Positions 1 through 12,589 of a stretch of DNA of 41,910 nucleotides are shown one piece after another. Both the position numbers and the translations under genes were made by a program. The DNA is from Macrostomum lignano. Its lineage: Eukaryota. The stretch spans positions 1 through 41,910 of the forward strand of contig NIVC01004563.1 of assembly GCA_002269645.1 (NCBI GenBank), written 5' to 3'. Numbering within the stretch: the first letter of the stretch is position 1; the number at the start of each line of letters is the position of its first letter. The notes beneath the pieces were generated by a model. The model was not told the origin of the DNA. It saw nothing but the letters and a program-made list of their open reading frames with translations, and searched no databases.

Positions 1-743
1 TATAAGCTTCGTCTTTTAGCTTAGCTTACTTTACCGTTTTGGATTCCCCAAGCCCTGCCAACCAGGATAGAGGAGGGGAGAGAGTTTAGGGTAGAGAATT
101 CTCTCTCACTGGGGTCAATCGGCATTGGGCTGGCGCATCGCGCGGTACTCTGCCAATCGCATGGGCTGGGGTGGGTGGGAGGGTGGCAAGTGAACGGGAG
201 GCAGACACAGTGCTGGAACGCCTCGAGCTGACTGAACCATCCCTAAACTAAAGCAGATCTCCGCGTTTGCTACAATTACGCCCCGCTATAACCTCCCCCC
301 CCCCTAGTCCATTGTATAGTAATTTCCGCTCCACCTCTGGCATGGGGTCGTGCTGCGTTAGGCTGGTACTTATTCAATGCCCCCAAGCGTGCGCGTTAGC
401 TGGATGACGTCATGCATTCATGGGAGCCTAACTGACCTTGCAGCTGGGCTAAACCTGCACACGCCTAGCATAGGATCATGCATGGGGAATCCAACAAGAC
501 AGAGGCTTAAGTGCATCGTTAGCTACAACTGACTGTGCGCGAAATCCCTTTTGCCTAAATTGGCTTGGCTGCATGGCACAGCTCGTCGAGTTCTTGAAGA
601 CTTTTTACGTATTTGTTGCGTGGGCGGAGTAGTGGGCTTGTACTAATAAACTGTGTATGTACTAGGCCTAAGAAATGATAATTTGAAAACCAACTGAAAG
701 CCACAATAAAGAAAATAGTAGTAGTAGTAATAAGGACCCAGGG

Positions 744-1178
744 GACGGATGGATAATCCAGTAGAGGACCTACTAGACCTACTAATGGACGCAGGAGACG
801 GCTGAATAATCCAGTAGAGGACCTACTAAAGAACGTTCAAGACAGCTGGATAATCCAGTTGAGGACCTACTAGACCTACTAAAGGACTCTCGAGATGGCT
901 GGATAATCTAGTAGAGGACCTACTGAAGGACGCACCAGACAGCTGGATAATCCAGTAGAGGACCTACTGAAGGACGCACCAGACAGCTGGATAATCCAGT
1001 AGAGGACCTACTGAAGGACGCACCAGACAGCTGCATAATCCAGTAGAGGACCTACTGAAGGACGCACCAGACAGCTGGATAATCCAGTAGAGGACCTACT
1101 GAAGGACGCACCAGACAGCTGGATAATCCAGTAGAGGACCTACTGAAAAACGCACTAGACAGCTGGATAATCCAGTAG
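744..1178. repeat. 44-bp minisatellite (GACAGCTGGATAATCCAGTAGAGGACCTACTGAAGGACGCACCA), about 10 copies
   Basis: Unit recurs at 938, 982, 1026 etc. (44-nt period); outer copies degenerate. Confidence 0.95.
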
Positions 1179-2589
1179 TGAACTCGCTGAAAACCGAGGG
1201 TTAAAACCAGAGAAATGCCAACTTTCATAGACACTTAAGTTCCAACACGAGAGAAGGACGCCAGTCTCTTGTGTGCTAGTGCAGCTAATTCCTACTTGTA
1301 AACACGCAGGTAGCCATCCAATTTCTGCATCAAATCCTGCTGCTTTCCTCTCGGACAGCTCGACCACTTCCCAATCTTCCCCTCAAGAGCTCGCGTGGGG
1401 GATAGACAGTTCGTAACTAACTAACCAACGTTAGTCTCTTAGCAGTGTCCCTCGAAGCGCGTGCTGGCAGGACCTCAACTCCCCCCTAGGCTATCTCCGC
1501 GGATTGAGAGGACTTCGGTTATACCTCAGCGCATAGTTCGCCGCCGCCCGTCAATCACTGGTTCGGTGACGCTTGGCTAAGTACTGGCTGACTTCTCATA
1601 TACTGCAGTACGAGTATCTATCTATATGACCCACAGTGCGCTGATAGATAGGCCGAAATACTCACTCAAGCTTAGGCTAAAATATCGACCGGTTTTAGCC
1701 TTGAGTTCGCATTATCGAGTGGACTCTATACTTCAGTTTTGAAGCAACTGTAGACTGCTATGCACAATAAACGTACTCGAAAAAAATATGTGTGCACATT
1801 GCCAATTTAAATATACTTCTAGGCATTTGTTTATCTGAATTTTAGATCTACTTCAAAAAGCCGGAACTAATTAGGATGCCGCTAATAGATAAATCGATCT
1901 ATTAGTCTTATTTTTTAAATAGGATTTTACAGAATTCAATTAAAAATATCTATCCACGCGTCAATTTTACTACTTGTTAAAATTTACTTAGTAGTCTGAT
2001 AGGGTTTTTAGGCATCGAATTCTACGAAAATTGATCATAATCAGGGTTGCAACTAATCACCTGGTTAAAGAGCTGATGCATTAAAAGCTGCTTTTTGCTA
2101 CAATTGTTTTATCTAAATAGTTGAATTCTCTTTATTTTATCGATTGAAACTTTTTTTTGATGAAGACTTGCAATCCTTTTAACGCAATTGCTATCTTAAT
2201 ACGGATTAACTTGCAAGGTAGCAATTAGGAGGAAAACTGATGAAGGCGGGTGATGAGGGGGGAATTTGAGACGACACCTTCACAGCTGCCACTTGTCGCT
2301 ATATAGCAGTCTTAGTAACTATGCTCAATAAGAGGACTCAAAGGTAAGGACTCTAAGCTCTCCCTATAGCACAAAGGCATGCAATCAATGCTTTATCGAG
2401 AGAATTCATTTGTTAACACGCTTTACCCTTAGCTGTAATGAGACTTTACAATCCCCTATAGAGGTAGGGATGGCGCTTTGTACTTTTAACTTTTGGCTTG
2501 TAACACCTGTTGATAATAAATGGATGCGGAGAAGCCTGATGAAGCTGCTAATATGAGTCAGTTTCCGGTTCCTCAACATTTATTAAATC

Positions 2590-2735
2590 ATTTTCTCCAT
2601 CATATCTCAGCTTTCTCATATCATATCTCAATTCTATCCGATCATATCTCAATTCTATCTCTTTATATCTCAATTCTTCTATCATATCATATCTCACTTT
2701 TATGCAATCAAGTCTCACTATACCGGCATCTCCAG
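2590..2735. repeat. Degenerate short tandem repeat (CATATCTCAATTCT-like)
   Basis: Repeated ATATCTC/ATTCTATC motifs; boundaries approximate. Confidence 0.7.
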
Positions 2736-2795
2736 ATCTCTCGTTGAACTACAAAGTCACCAAGCGCACAAACTTGAGCAGGTCTCTAAGCTCAC

Positions 2796-3515
2796 CCGAG
2801 CCAAACCCGTTGCAACCGGATCGGCCGACTGAGTCGCCACCGAGATGGTCGCCGCTCCGTACTGACCCGCAGTTCGCTGAGTCGATGTCAGCTTTGCACT
2901 GTTCGAAGATGACGCCAAGGAGGCTGGGTGATGCGGCGGCGGTGGCGGCGGCTGCTGCTGCTGAGCTCCGCAAGAGTCGGCGAAAGACATCGGCGAGTCG
3001 TGAACCCACACGGGAGTTTGTCTCTGCGGTGCCGTGTCAGGCAGTTCAAAGGCTCTGTTAGCCGCCTGACGATGCTGCTGCTGTTGCTGCTGTTGCTGCT
3101 GGTGCTGACTTTGATGACGCCGATGAGGCAGCTGGGGTGACGTCACTGCTCGGAAAGCCCTGAGCAGACTCGGACTGGGCGGAGGTCCCGCCTGTTGCTG
3201 CTGCAGTTGCTGTTGCTGCAGCTGCTGCTGCTGCTGCTGGCGGAAATCCGGTGGCGGCAGTTGGTAGGAGTGCTGCCGGCTCGGGGATTTCTTCTGGGGC
3301 GATGTCGGTGCCGACTGCGGGTAATTGAAGGCGATCTGCTGCTGCTGTTGCTGCTGCTGCGGATTCATATTTGGAGGCTTCTTTCCTGCCGCTCCACTAC
3401 GGAACGAGAACTTCGCCAACATGCTGACCGGCTGTTGTTGTTTCTGACTGCCGCTGCTGCAGTAAGTTGGAGCCACTGTGGCCACAGCTGGTGGTGCTGC
3501 CGATGCCGCGTATTT
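2796..3515 (-). CDS. Low-complexity Gln/Pro/Ala-rich coding exon (240 codons, phase 0-0) of an unidentified gene
   Basis: Open GC-rich frame KYAASAAPP...ATGLAR; long pyrimidine tract ending CGCAG| at 3516; donor CGG|GTGAGC at 2795. The track's start at 3527 is a TTG inside the acceptor region. Downstream exons not recognised in the window. Confidence 0.7.
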
Positions 3516-3980
3516 CTGCGACGCCAATGATAAAGTAATTTAAAATAAGTAAAAAAGTTGGAAAGTTTGTAATAATTTTCACTGGCTAAATTAAGTATTC
3601 ACTCTGTAGCTAGCTGGAATACGGCAGTGCCCCCACCTTTCTGTCTTTGCTTCCTTCTTAGAGAGGTTTTTTCTGCTACTTTTTGTAGCTAAATGAGCGG
3701 CTTGTGGGGCAGACAGAGAAAACGGCAAGGTTTGAGATCGAAAAGAATAATAAGAGAATCTGGCCCGCTCTCAAATAGCTGCAGGGCCACGGAGCCTCAG
3801 ACAGGGCATCTGGAGCGGAGCGGTGACCAACTGTTAAGGTTAAACATGCAGTAAGTTTCCCATTCCGATTGACCCGGCTAAGAAACTCACGCATACACAC
3901 TTTGTGCCTAGGAGGTTGGGCTGTCACGAGCTACAGGAATCGAACCTGGACGGACTTGCCTACATGCCTACGTTCAACAG

Positions 3981-4140
3981 CAGCTATTGCCCGGCCCACC
4001 TGAAGCCTCAATTACCCCAGCTAATGCTGGCACCCATTTTACAGCTGAGTGAACTGAAGCAATGCAGAGTTAAGTGTCTTGCTCAAGGACACAAACAGTT
4101 CCGAGTGGGCCGACGAGACTCGAACTCCCGACCTTCGAAA
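3981..4140 (-). mobile_element. CORE-SINE copy, truncated and internally deleted
   Basis: Reverse complement contains TGTGTCCTTGAGCAAGACACTTAACTCTGCATTGCTTCAGTTCACTCAGCTGTAAAATGGGTGCC, shared with copies at ~12.6 and ~32.7 kb and similar to the MIR/CORE domain; B-box remnant near 4120-4130. Confidence 0.8.
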
Positions 4141-4388
4141 ACTGTAAAGCAACATTAAAAAAATTCATTTTAGAATTTTACTAGCAATCTAGTGCCTTTC
4201 TTCGGGGCGGCCGATTATTCATGCAACTCCATTAAAAATGCACATTTTCTTAAGAACCAATTCCATCTTCAGTTTTATAAATCACTTTATTCGAGTAAAA
4301 TTGTCACTGACAAAGTTTTACTGTCAGTCAGGGGGGGGGAATGCTATGAATCTCTTTTTTCTAACACAGCAAAATAAAACCTACACAA

Positions 4389-5945
4389 AGATAGCAGGCA
4401 TTCCCCCCAGATAGCAAGCATCCCCCCCAGATAGCAAGCGTCCCCCAGATAGCAAGCATCCCCCCAGATAGCTAGCATCCCCCAGATAGCAAGCTTCCCC
4501 CCCTCAGATAGCAAGCATCCCCCCAGATAGCAAGCATCCCCCAGATAGCAAGCATCCCCCAGATAGCAAGCATCCCCCAGATAGCAAGCATCCCCCAGAT
4601 AGCAAGCATCCCCCAGATAGCAAGCTTCCCCCAGATAGCAAGCATCCCCCAGATAGCAAGCATCCCCCAGATAGCAAGCATCCCCCAGATAGCAAGCATC
4701 CCCCAGATAGCAAGCATCCCCCAGATAGCAAGCATCCCCCAGATAGCAAGCATCCCCCCAGATAGCAAGCATCCCCCCCAGATAGCAAGCGTCCCCCAGA
4801 TAGCAAGCATCCCCCCAGATAGCTAGCATCCCCCAGATAGCAAGCATCCCCCAGATAGCAAGCTTCCCCCAGATAGCAAGCATCCCCCAGATAGCAAGCA
4901 TCCCCCAGATAGCAAGCATCCCCCAGATAGCAAGCATCCCCCAGATAGCAAGCATCCCCCAGATAGCAAGCTTCCCCCAGATAGCAAGCATCCCCCAGAT
5001 AGCAAGCATCCCCCAGATAGCAAGCATCCCCCAGATAGCAAGCATCCCCCAGATAGCAAGCATCCCCCCAGATAGCAAGCGTCCCCCCCAGATAGCAAGC
5101 ATCCCCCAGATAGCAAGCATCCCCCAGATAGCAAGCTTCCCCCAGATAGCAAGCATCCCCCAAATAGCAAGCATCCCCCAGATAGCAAGCATCCCCCAGA
5201 TAGCAAGCATCCCCCAGATAGCTAGCATCCCCCAGATAGCAAGCGTCCCCCAGATAGCAAGCATCCCCCCAGATAGCAAGCATCCCCCAGATAGCAAGCA
5301 TCCCCCAGATAGCAAGCATCCCCCCCTCAGATAGCAAGCATCCCCCCAGATAGCAAGCATCCCCAAATAGCAAGCATCCCCCAGATAGCAAGCATCCCCC
5401 CAGATAGCAAGCATCCCCCAGATAGCAAGCATCCCCCCCTCAGATAGCAAGCATCCCCCCAGATAGCAAGCATCCCCTGATAGCAAGCATCCCCCCAGAT
5501 AGCAAGCATCCCCCAGATAGCAAGCATCCCCCAGATAGCAAGCATCCCCAAATAGCAAGCATCCCCCCAGATAGCAAGCATCCCCCCAGATAGCAAGCAT
5601 CCCCCAGATAGCAAGCATCCCCCCAAATAGCAAGCATCCCCCAGATAGCAAGCATCCCCCCAGATAGCAAGCATCCCCAAATAGCAAGCATCCCCCCAGA
5701 TAGCAAGCATCCCCCCAGATAGCAAGCATCCCCCAGATAGCAAGCATCCCCCCAGATAGCAAGCATCCCCCCAGATAGCAAGCTTCCCCCAGATAGCAAG
5801 CTTCCCCCAGATAGCAAGCTTCCCCCAGATAGCAAGCATCCCCCAGATAGCAAGCTTCCCCCAGATAGCAAGCATCCCCCCCCAAAACCCAAAAAACCCA
5901 AATAGCAAGCACACCCCAGAAAGCAAGAATCCCTAGATAGCTATC
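4389..5945. repeat. ~18-bp minisatellite AGATAGCAAGCATCCCCC with variable C-run, about 85 copies
   Basis: Directly visible tandem array; source of the spurious MLAIWG/GDACYL ORFs. Confidence 0.97.
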
Positions 5946-6611
5946 AACCCCCCCCCCGGATAGCTAGTTAGAATTTTAAGCACAGGAAAGACAAGCCATT
6001 CTATATTAAAACCAACAGCCCCAGTGGCATTCCAGCTATCTAGTTTTAGAACTCTCAGAGCACAATAGTACAAGAAACTGGATGCTCTCCAGCCAAAAAA
6101 GCTATTATATCAAAGCAAATTTCTGTATAGCTGTGACGGCACCAAAGTGAGCAAGCAGGCTTGAGTGCTCAAATTCTTAAAGGCTTCATCGCATGAAGGT
6201 GAAGAGACTTAGTTGGAGAGCTCCGAGAGAATTAAGAGAGAGAGAATCTGCGCAGAGGTCAAACTGAGAGGCGACCCGCCTAATTTTACAGCAGCTGCTG
6301 CAGCCTTGCCTGAGCGTGGGAGAGGCAGGGCGGACCCCCCTTCGCTCCTGATGCATTTCTTGTGTGTCTGGGACCGCTCTGCCTCAATTTCTGCTTCAAA
6401 AAGCAGGCCGGCAACGACCGGCGTGAGAAATCGCTGCCAATTAGCATTATGATTAGGGCTACGAAAATTGACGTATGGTGCAATGTGAGGGTTATTGGTT
6501 GTGTGTTTTATTTATAATACATGAAAACTGCAATTCTGACGATAGGGGAAGGGCTGCTTCTGTCATTGAGAAGCTGGTTTTGACAGTGCAGCCAAAAAGT
6601 TAATCAAGAGA

Positions 6612-7200
6612 GGCCAAACAGGGAAAGGCGAAAAGGAAGAGGGGAAAGAGGGCAGAAAGAGGGCAAAGCAGAGGGGAAGAAGGAAAATTGGGAAAGAGGG
6701 TATAGAGAAAGAGATTTAAGGTGGAAAGGAGGGTTAAAAGGAACAGTGGAAAGAGAAGAGGGGAAAGCGGAGAAGAGGGGAAAGCGGGAAAGAGGGGAAA
6801 GCGGGAAAGAGGGGAAAGCGGGAAAGAGGGGAAAGCGGGGAGGAGGGGAAAGCGGGGAGGAGGGGAAAGCGGGGAGGAGGGGAAAGCGGGGGAAGAGGGG
6901 AAAGCGGGGAAGAGGGGAAAGCGGGGAAGAGGGGAAAGCGGGGAAGAGGGGAAAGCGGGGAAGAGGTGAAAGCGGGAAGAGGGGAAAGCGGGGAAGAGGG
7001 GAAAGCGGGGAAGAGGGGAAAGCGGGGATGAGGGGAAAGCGGGGATGAGGGGAAAGCGGGGAAGAGGGGAAAGCGGGAAAAAGGAAGGAGGGTGAAGATA
7101 ATAAATAGGGGAAGGGATTAAAGAGGGAAGAGGGCAAAGCGGGGGAAAGAGGGTGACAGGAGAAGTAGGGAAGAGAGGGGAAAGTCGGGAAAAGAAGCAG
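6612..7200. repeat. Polypurine tract with 17-18-bp tandem unit GGGGAAAGCGGGGAAGAG
   Basis: Core array ~6760-7080 with GA-rich degenerate flanks. Confidence 0.92.
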
Positions 7201-7372
7201 AGAAGCCCAGAGGCCAGGAGCAACCATAGACCGGTGAAAACAATCCCAAATCCTAAATCCCAATCCTGCAAAGCTATTCTAGGCCACCTGGCGATACAGA
7301 TCCGCTCTCTGCAGTTCCGTGCAGCCGGGCAGAGAGGAGTAGAGAAGCTGTTTCAGTATGACTCACACTCAC

Positions 7373-7378
7373 CTGCAT
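7373..7378 (-). CDS. Candidate initiation micro-exon (ATG CAG = Met-Gln) for the Q-rich gene
   Basis: Minus strand reads GACGC ATG CAG|GTGAGT, a perfect donor in phase 0, matching the phase-0 acceptor at 3515 (MQ-KYAAS...). Confidence 0.4.
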
Positions 7379-7967
7379 GCGTCAGCTAGATTGAGCCCCG
7401 CATGGGATCTGGGTCTGGGATCGAGGAGTTGACTCAACTGCTAGCTTGAGAAGCCGGTGCTCGCTCGGGCTTAAGCTAGCTAAGCTGGCGACTCAAAGCA
7501 GACTTTAACAAGGTTGCTGCTCTTTTGTTCCAGTCCGACAGAGCATTTCTTGTCTTCTAAAAGGAACCTGGCGGTCTCGGTTAATACAGGGATTGCTCTG
7601 TTAATAGAGGCGGACCTCCGTCCAAACTTAGCTTCAAAATTTGTTTTTTAGTCCCCACCCTGGCAACCTCTTCCCTTCACCAACCCACCCCCCCCTGCTG
7701 CAAAGGCAATGGGGGATCCAAAGTCTAGCCAATAGGAATCACAGAAGTCCCCATGATAATCCACCACTAAGAAGTTCTGCTAAGCGTTTTAATGGGTTGA
7801 CTAGTATAATTGTAATTTTAGTTTCATTTTTTGGACACGAGTGCAAAATAAGTTTGTTTTCGATACATGCCGGCTAATTTCATTGAGAATTATCACTAAG
7901 ATACTTTGCGGCTATGAGAACTTCAAGTTTCTCCCAAAATCTCCTCATTACTTTGTATTCGCTCGCT

Positions 7968-8437
7968 CTCTCTTTCTTTCTCCCTTCCCCCCCTCTCTCT
8001 TTCTCCCTCTCTCCTTCTCCCTCTCTCCCTCTCTCCCTTTCTCCCCCCCTCTCTCTCTCTTTTTAGCCCTGACGAAGAATTTATCTGATTCGAATTATCG
8101 GCAATCCAACTAAATTGACTTTTGTCAGTCCTTTCTACCGTGTCAGGCCTGAGATTGGAGGTGCCCTCCTCTCTCTCTCTCCCTCCCTCTCTCTCCTTCT
8201 TCTTCCTTTCCCTCTCTCCCTCTCGCCTCCCCCTCTCCCTCTCTCCCTCTCGCCTCCCCCTCTCCCTCTCTCCCTCTCGCCTCCCCCTCTCCCTCTCTCC
8301 CTCTCGCCTCCCCCTCTCCCTCTCTCCCTCTCGCCTCCCCCTCTCCCTCTCTCCCTCTCGCCTCCCTCTCTCCCTCTCTCCCTCTCGCCTCCCCCTCTCC
8401 CTCTCTCCCTCTCGCCTCCCCCTCTCCCTCTCTCCCT
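7968..8437. repeat. Polypyrimidine tracts including 27-bp unit CTCTCCCTCTCGCCTCCCCCTCTCCCT (~8 copies)
   Basis: CT-rich blocks at ~7968-8060 and ~8168-8437. Confidence 0.92.
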
Positions 8438-9010
8438 ATCTTATCCTCTGTACAAAAGAGTCGCAGCAGTCCACAAAAGTTGTTGCTGTTTCACGACGAC
8501 TTTCAACTTTCAATCTGCGAACTCCCTCCAAAATTTGTTGAATCAAACCCAGCGGGCACCCAAAGCAGGCTGCCTACGCAGACTTATTGAAAGGCAGGCA
8601 TGATTGAAGGCGCCACCAGGAATGCCGTAAAGACGCAATAACACGAACTTGCAGCACTCCCTGGCCTTTACCAGGATGCAGCCAAGCTTCTGCTTTAGCT
8701 GGCTGGAAGCAAAGTTAAAACCAACAGCTGCTCTGCTCCTCGGGGTCGCGATTTCGCTTCCAACTCCACACGGCCTTCCCCGCACTCGCCTTGGCAGAAT
8801 TTGTCGCTGCAGCAATAAAAATCCCTTGAAGCAAAATCAGGAGATCAGGCAGTCTGTTAACTGCTTGAACTGCCGAGGGGCTGCTGCTGCGGCTTGTTGA
8901 ACAATAAAAATCTGAAGACGAGCCGTGCCGCCTTTGAGCTTGGAAGTTCGAAACAATATTGGGTATCCTGCCATAACTTTATGGAGTGCAGAGCAGACTT
9001 GACAACATGA

Positions 9011-9030
9011 GTCTGTCTGTCTGTCTGTCA

Positions 9031-9068
<38 letters not shown>

Positions 9069-9069
9069 G

Positions 9070-9118
<49 letters not shown>
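9011..9118. repeat. (GTCT)n microsatellite
   Basis: Direct reading. Confidence 0.97.
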
Positions 9119-9119
<1 letters not shown>

Positions 9120-9372
9120 GCTAATCGGTCAGTGCTTTAAAATTTCCCTAAAATACCCATCAAAATTGATTCCAAGAAACGAAGCCAATTTGTCTTTCTG
9201 TCATGCAAGCAGCAATTTGTCTCCCCCCAGAAACTAATTGCTTACGGTGGAAAATCGGCAGAGCTCTCAACGTGACAGATGCCACATGTTTACTGCTATC
9301 AATTCTCCTCGGGTCATGCCATGCAGAGGGCTGATTTGGGTGGGAAATTTCGGATTACTAAGCGTATATTGA

Positions 9373-9508
9373 CTCAGCTACTGTGTCTACCATTGCCTCA
9401 GCTACTGTGTCTACCATTGCCTCAGCTACTGTGTCTACCATTGATTCTGCTGCTCTGTCTACCATTGACTCAGCTGCTGTGTCTACCATTGCCTCAGCTG
9501 CTGTGTCC
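9373..9508. repeat. 24-bp minisatellite CTCAGCTACTGTGTCTACCATTGC, ~5-6 copies
   Basis: Direct reading. Confidence 0.93.
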
Positions 9509-10509
9509 CAAGTTTACCTGAGGTGAACTTAATGGGCAAAACTAATCGGGAAATATTATAAAAACAATTCACTGATGGACAGCTCGCATGCCAGTTTACC
9601 AGCAGGTGCTTTGCGTAGGGATAAATCGAGTTTCAACTTGGTTGCCGCAGAGAAAATAAACGCAATATGGAGAGAGTTTTCTGATTCAACCCGACCACCT
9701 CACGGATCGGGAATCGGCATTGACTCTCAATAAAGCCTGCATCAACAGAGCCACCCCAGTTTACGGCTAACAGAAGTCGCCAACTCTCTGCCACGCTGTC
9801 CCACGCAGTGGAACCCGTAAAATTGTACAAGGGACAGACAGATGCAGCCCCTGAAGCCTCCACTGACATTTCCGTCTGCCTTCTCTTAAAACAAACACGG
9901 CTCTGTGGCGGTCTACCTGCCACAGCCGAGGGGAATAAATAAAATATTTTATGCGAACGAAAAGTCTACGACTCGACCCACGCAATCGAAAGTTCACGCT
10001 CGGTTCACTATTCGGCCTGCTTGGACAGGTAGGCGGCAACTCCCCAGAGATTTCGTAGCGTCAGATGCGGCTTCGGAGCTTGCCTTCTTTTCCCGGCTTT
10101 GCGCCCTTCAATCCCCAAGTAAACCCGAAATCACTTTCGACATTCGGAACTCTCTACCTCTATCTATCCATGGCACACTGACTTATGCGCTCGTAAGAGT
10201 TGCGGAATTTCTAACCAGATATTTGGTCGACACGAAAGTTCACGTTTTGTTGTGGCGCCATCGACTGCTCATCAAACTCCAATCAAAGTCATATGGCTAC
10301 GATTATACTTCTCAATGCTAGCCAGAGAAGCAGCAATGATCCACTTAGGCGATTGTGGCCGTAGCCCATGGTGTTGGTCCAGTGTGGCGCTCTGATGTGA
10401 TCGGCCCAGGATCGATCGATGATGAGTCACATCAATTTGGGGGCAAATTGGAATCTCGGCTTGGCTCTGCTCGTGCAATTAACAGCCTTGAGTGCCAACA
10501 CCCAAGGCA

Positions 10510-10585
10510 CAGTGAAGTGTACATGCCTAACGATAAATAAAGTCAGGGCCACTGTACACTCCTGTGTGAGTGTGTGCCTGTGCGT
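10510..10585 (-). repeat. Dispersed repeat family B, copy 1 (core TCACACAGGGTGTACA..CCCTGACTTT..GGCATGTACACTT)
   Basis: Reverse complement aligns by eye with copies at 15121-15205, 24832-24965 and 28725-28770. Confidence 0.65.
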
Positions 10586-11261
10586 ATGACTGCGTACGTA
10601 TCAGAGCGCTTGAGCGCCTGCTCAGGGGAGTCGGCGGAATGGGCAAGAATGTCACTTGCCGGTTGTGTGACAATGTCGCTTAAAATGCGCCAGGGTGCAC
10701 ACAGCCCTCCTGCCTCGTCGAATAAAAAAGACCCACTTAAGCGCTTGGCAGTTGAAGGCAGCGAAGACTTGATGAAGACGTTGTTTGAAAGGCACGTGTA
10801 AAAAGTTGTTAGAGCTTCGACACTTTTCATCCATAGCACCATCTATGTAGAAGTACAGTGTAGGATTTTTTGGGGTTTCAAAATATTAAGCCTCCTTGCG
10901 CGATGCACTTGCATTCTGCATGTGTAGCGCAGACAATCCCGCGCTACTGCGTGTGTGGCTAGATGACATTTTCCAGGAATGCAGTGGAAACTGCAGGAAA
11001 TTTTTGCTAACTGCGTGCTTGGCTGCAACTTGCTGAACGAAAAGGTTACGGAAAAAAGTCATGTGTTGCAGCATAGTGGGAAGGGATGGGATAGGGTGCT
11101 AATTAAAAATGCGAGCGAAACTTAGCGACCAAGTTTCAGTGGCTGGGCGCTGATCTTGTTAAACTAACAATCTCGATTGTTTTTTACTTTTTCGTCAGCG
11201 AAGGGAATTCATGAGAATTTCCAATCTGCCCTAACAATTGTCAGAGGGGGCGTCGAGTATA

Positions 11262-11995
11262 GAGGGGCGCCAGCTACAGAGGGGGTGCCAGCTACAGAGG
11301 GGGTGCCAGCTACAGAGGGGGTGCCAGCTACAGAGGGGGTGCCAGCTACAGAGGGGGCGCCAGCTACAGAGGGGGAGCTAGAAACAGAGGGGGCGCCAGG
11401 TACAGAGTAAGGCGCTAGCTACAGAGGGGGCGCCAGCTACAGAGGGGGCGCCAGCTACAGAGGGGGCGCCAGCTACAGAGGGGGCGCCAGCTACAGAGGG
11501 GGTGCCAGCTACAGAGGGGGTGCCAGCTACAGAGGGGGTGCCAGCTACAGAGGGGGCGCCAGCTACAGAGGGGGAGCTAGAAACAGAGGGGGCGCCAGGT
11601 ACAGAGTAAGGCGCTAGCTACAGAGGGGGCGCCAGCTACAGAGGGGGCGCCAGCTACAGAGGGGGCGCCAGCTACAGAGGGGGCGCCAGCTACAGAGGGG
11701 GCGCCAGCTACAGAGTAAGGCGCCAGATACAGAGGGGGCGCCAGCTACAGAGGGGGAGCTAGCTACAGAGGGGGCGCCAGCTACAGAGGGGGCGCCAGCT
11801 ACAGAGGGGGCGCCAGGTACAGAGTAAGGCGCTAGCTACAGAGGGGGCGCCAGCTACAGAGGGGGCGCCAGCTACAGAGGGGGCGCCAGCTACAGAGGGG
11901 GCGCCAGCTACAGAGGGGGCGCCAGCTACAGAGGGGGCGCCAGCTACAGAGGGGGCGCCAGCTACAGAGGGGGCGCCAGCTACAGAGGGGGGGCT
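11262..11995. repeat. 18-bp minisatellite GGGGGCGCCAGCTACAGA, ~40 copies with recurring variant blocks
   Basis: Direct reading; variant blocks (GAGCTAGAAACAGAG, GTACAGAGTAAGGCGCT) recur, indicating higher-order duplication. Confidence 0.97.
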
Positions 11996-12589
11996 GAAAA
12001 CTATCAACCAACCACAGACAACTCTGGACACGAAGTATTTCGAGCAGGTGAAACGGCAAGCTTCTTAATGATTTTCTTAGGACGCTTGAAGCATTGGTGC
12101 CTGATGGACCGTAGCAAGAAGCAGGTTTTGATTTAGAATTTAAAAAACGAGTGACAACCAACTTCTGAATATATAAATTTGTAAATTAGTCTATAAATAA
12201 AAGAACAAACGCAATAAATACGAAAAATAGACTACGAGCGTGGCATTTACAATTCAGCAAAATCTTGCGACATTTCAAAAACTGCTTGCAATTTTCCTTC
12301 TGCGTATATCGATGTGTTGACCTCCGATTTTTGTCTCTCTGAGGGATATTTTCGACCTATATCTCTAATCTCATTCTTTCTCTTTGTCTCTCTTTCTCTA
12401 TCTCTCTAGAATCTCATTTCTCCTCGTGTTTTTCAATCGCCTTTGAATATTTTAGTCTAAAGTAAATTCTTCCTCTCTTGATTTTATAATTTGTACAAAA
12501 AAGCTATTCTTGTTACTAAGAGTAGTGTTGAATGAATAATGAATGTTATATACTTTAAAATGAGTGAAAAACATTTTAATAAAGGCTTC

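Noticed and set aside
744-1178. CRISPR-like appearance of palindromic tandem arrays (also 32866-36650)
   Set aside because: Units are contiguous with no unique spacers, no cas genes, and the DNA is eukaryotic.
1-2500. Possible LTR/TE-derived sequence or downstream exons of the Q-rich gene
   Set aside because: No terminal repeats, PBS/PPT or coding motifs that I can support.
4344-5926. Long ORFs up to 522 aa (MLAIWG/GDACYL repeats)
   Set aside because: Translations of an 18-bp satellite; open in several frames, no unique sequence or splice context.
8460-11100. Moderately GC-rich segments with 60-140-aa ORFs on both strands
   Set aside because: No domain motifs, no consistent exon chain; may be UTR or decayed repeats.
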